In this document: piece after piece, positions 62,314-64,000 of the stretch | Layout: each line of letters starts with the position of its first letter | Numbering within the stretch: position 1 is the stretch's first letter | From: Sphyrna mokarran | Lineage: Eukaryota | NCBI GenBank assembly: GCA_024679065.1 | Contig: JAGIQG010000010.1 | Location: 75,950,001 to 76,014,000 of the forward strand | Reading direction: 5' to 3' | Length of the DNA: 64,000 nucleotides | Notes under the pieces: generated by a model | What the model was told of the DNA's origin: nothing | The model's database searches: none | What the model saw: the letters and a program-made list of their open reading frames with translations, nothing else | Translations under genes and position numbers: made by a program

Positions 62314-63218
62314 CTTTACAAAGATAATGCAAATTATAAATATGCCATATTTATAGAATTTGTGATAAACATTTTCATCTTACAACTCTTACTGTTATGA
62401 AATCAACACACATTTCACTGGAGACTGATGACTGTCTTCCCTGCTATTTCTGAATTCTACACAGTCACGTTGAACTTTAACAATCAATCAAAGAACAAAA
62501 CCTTATTGCAGTCCGTTTATGTGCTTAGTGAAATATAAAATGCAACCTTCCTTTAAATCGTCATTTTAAATAAACAATTTTTCATGGGATGTTGCTGCCC
62601 ATCTCTAATTGTCCTTGGATTGAGTAATTTGCTAGGCCACTTCAGAGCATAGTTGAGAATGAATCACATTGCTGTGAGTCTGGAGTCATATGTAGGCCAG
62701 ACCAGGTAAGAACAGCAGATTTCCTTCCCTAAAGGATATTCGTGAACCAAATGGGGGTTTGATAACAATTAGTAATGGTCATTACACCTTTATAATTCCA
62801 GTTTTATGTATTTATTGAACACACATTTTGTATCCATCACCCTAGAACATTAGTCTGGCCCTCTGGATTACTAATCCAATGATATTAATATAATGTCAGC
62901 ATTGCCCCTACATATATGCATTCCCAATAGGTAACAATTTGCATTGACATAGTGCCTTTAATTTTTTAAACATTCCAATGACATTTAACAGGATCAATTA
63001 TCAATAAAATTTCACAGCAAGCCATATAAAAGAGTCAGGATGGTTGAACAGAAGTTCGTTCAAATAGGTAGGATTTAGGAAATGTCTTAATGGAGACCAG
63101 AGAGATAGAGAGGAGGTTCAGGAAGGATTTGTGTGCACCCAAATTAAAAGGATCACACACTGAAAAATCTTGAGGCAAACAACTACATTTTAATGTGAAT
63201 ATTGGCTGTAGGTATGAG

Positions 63219-63315
63219 TCATGATGTGGAGATGCCAGCATTGGACTGGGTAAACACAGTAGGAAGTCTGACAACAGTCAAACTTTAAACTTGGTGTTGT
63301 CAGACTTCTTACTGC
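63219..63315. mobile_element. Fold-back Penelope pLTR remnant with a TSD
   Basis: GATGTGGAGATGCCAGCATTGGACTGGG is the reverse complement of the pLTR end at 5391-5418. Internal inverted repeat at 63257-63276/63295-63314; flanked by the direct repeat AGGTATGAG. Confidence 0.75.
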
Positions 63316-63919
63316 AGGTATGAGAGCAGGAGGTCAGGTTACAGAAATAGGGAATGAAAAGAGGGATTTGAAAACAAAGAGAGCATTGGACTAGTCCAGG
63401 CTAGACCTAATAAAGGAATGAGTGAGGATTTCAATGCAGGTAAACTGAAGCAAAGGTGAAGACTATGATGTTACACGAGTGAAAGTAAAAAGTTCTGGTG
63501 ATGGAGATTAAGGGATTGGAGCTCATATCAGAGTGAAATAGAATGCCAATATTGTGAACAGTCTAGTTCAGCCTCAGCCAGTGGCCAAAGAGGGAAATGG
63601 AGTCAGTAGCTCCCAAACAATGTTTGTGGCGAGAATCAACTGGTTTCCCAATACTTAAGTGCAGAAAATTTCTAGTCATTCAACACTGGTTGTCTAACAA
63701 GCAGCCTGGCAAATCAGAGGCAGTAGCAGGATTAAAAGATTAAATTACTATGTACACAGTTTTATGGAGTTATCTACCGAGTTCTCAAATATATTGTATT
63801 TACATGAGAAATGTGATAAAATACACAATATCTAATAGTGCACACATCTTAGAGGTGAATGCTAAAAAAGTCAAGAAATAGCGAGAGTAATTAGAATAAT
63901 ACAGGTTAGCCTGCAAAAG

Positions 63920-64000
63920 GGAAGCACGGTGGCACAGTGGTTAGCACCTCACAGCGTAAGGGACCCAAGTTTGATTCTGACCTTGAGTGACCATCTTTAT
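63920..64000 (+). mobile_element. HE1-like SINE head, truncated by the window end
   Basis: GCACGGTGGCACAGTGGTTAGCAC...GGGACCCAAGTTTGATTC. Confidence 0.75.

Overview
Cartilaginous-fish (shark-type) genomic DNA covering most of a ParaHox cluster. It holds a complete two-exon Pdx1 (+, 268 aa) and a complete three-exon Cdx2 (-, 256 aa), which converge tail-to-tail about 35.6 kb apart. Beyond Cdx2 lies the ParaHox-neighbour gene URAD/PRHOXNB (OHCU decarboxylase): an intact last exon at about 62 kb (exon 1 is probably outside the window) and a second, disrupted copy of that exon with its 3' UTR at about 52 kb. The taxon is inferred from repeat families (HE1/V-SINE, Deu-domain SINE, CR1/HER1-like LINEs, Penelope). 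The Pdx1-Cdx2 and Cdx2-URAD intervals are rich in transposable elements; the Cdx2 locus is almost free of them. The most notable unannotated signals are a Penelope-derived minimal hammerhead ribozyme inserted in sense orientation, with an 11-bp target-site duplication (TSD), in the Pdx1 intron next to a ~100-bp inverted repeat; the URAD duplicate; local DNA captured between inverted Penelope repeats; and several candidate gut enhancers. All calls were made by eye with no database searches, and repeat boundaries are approximate.
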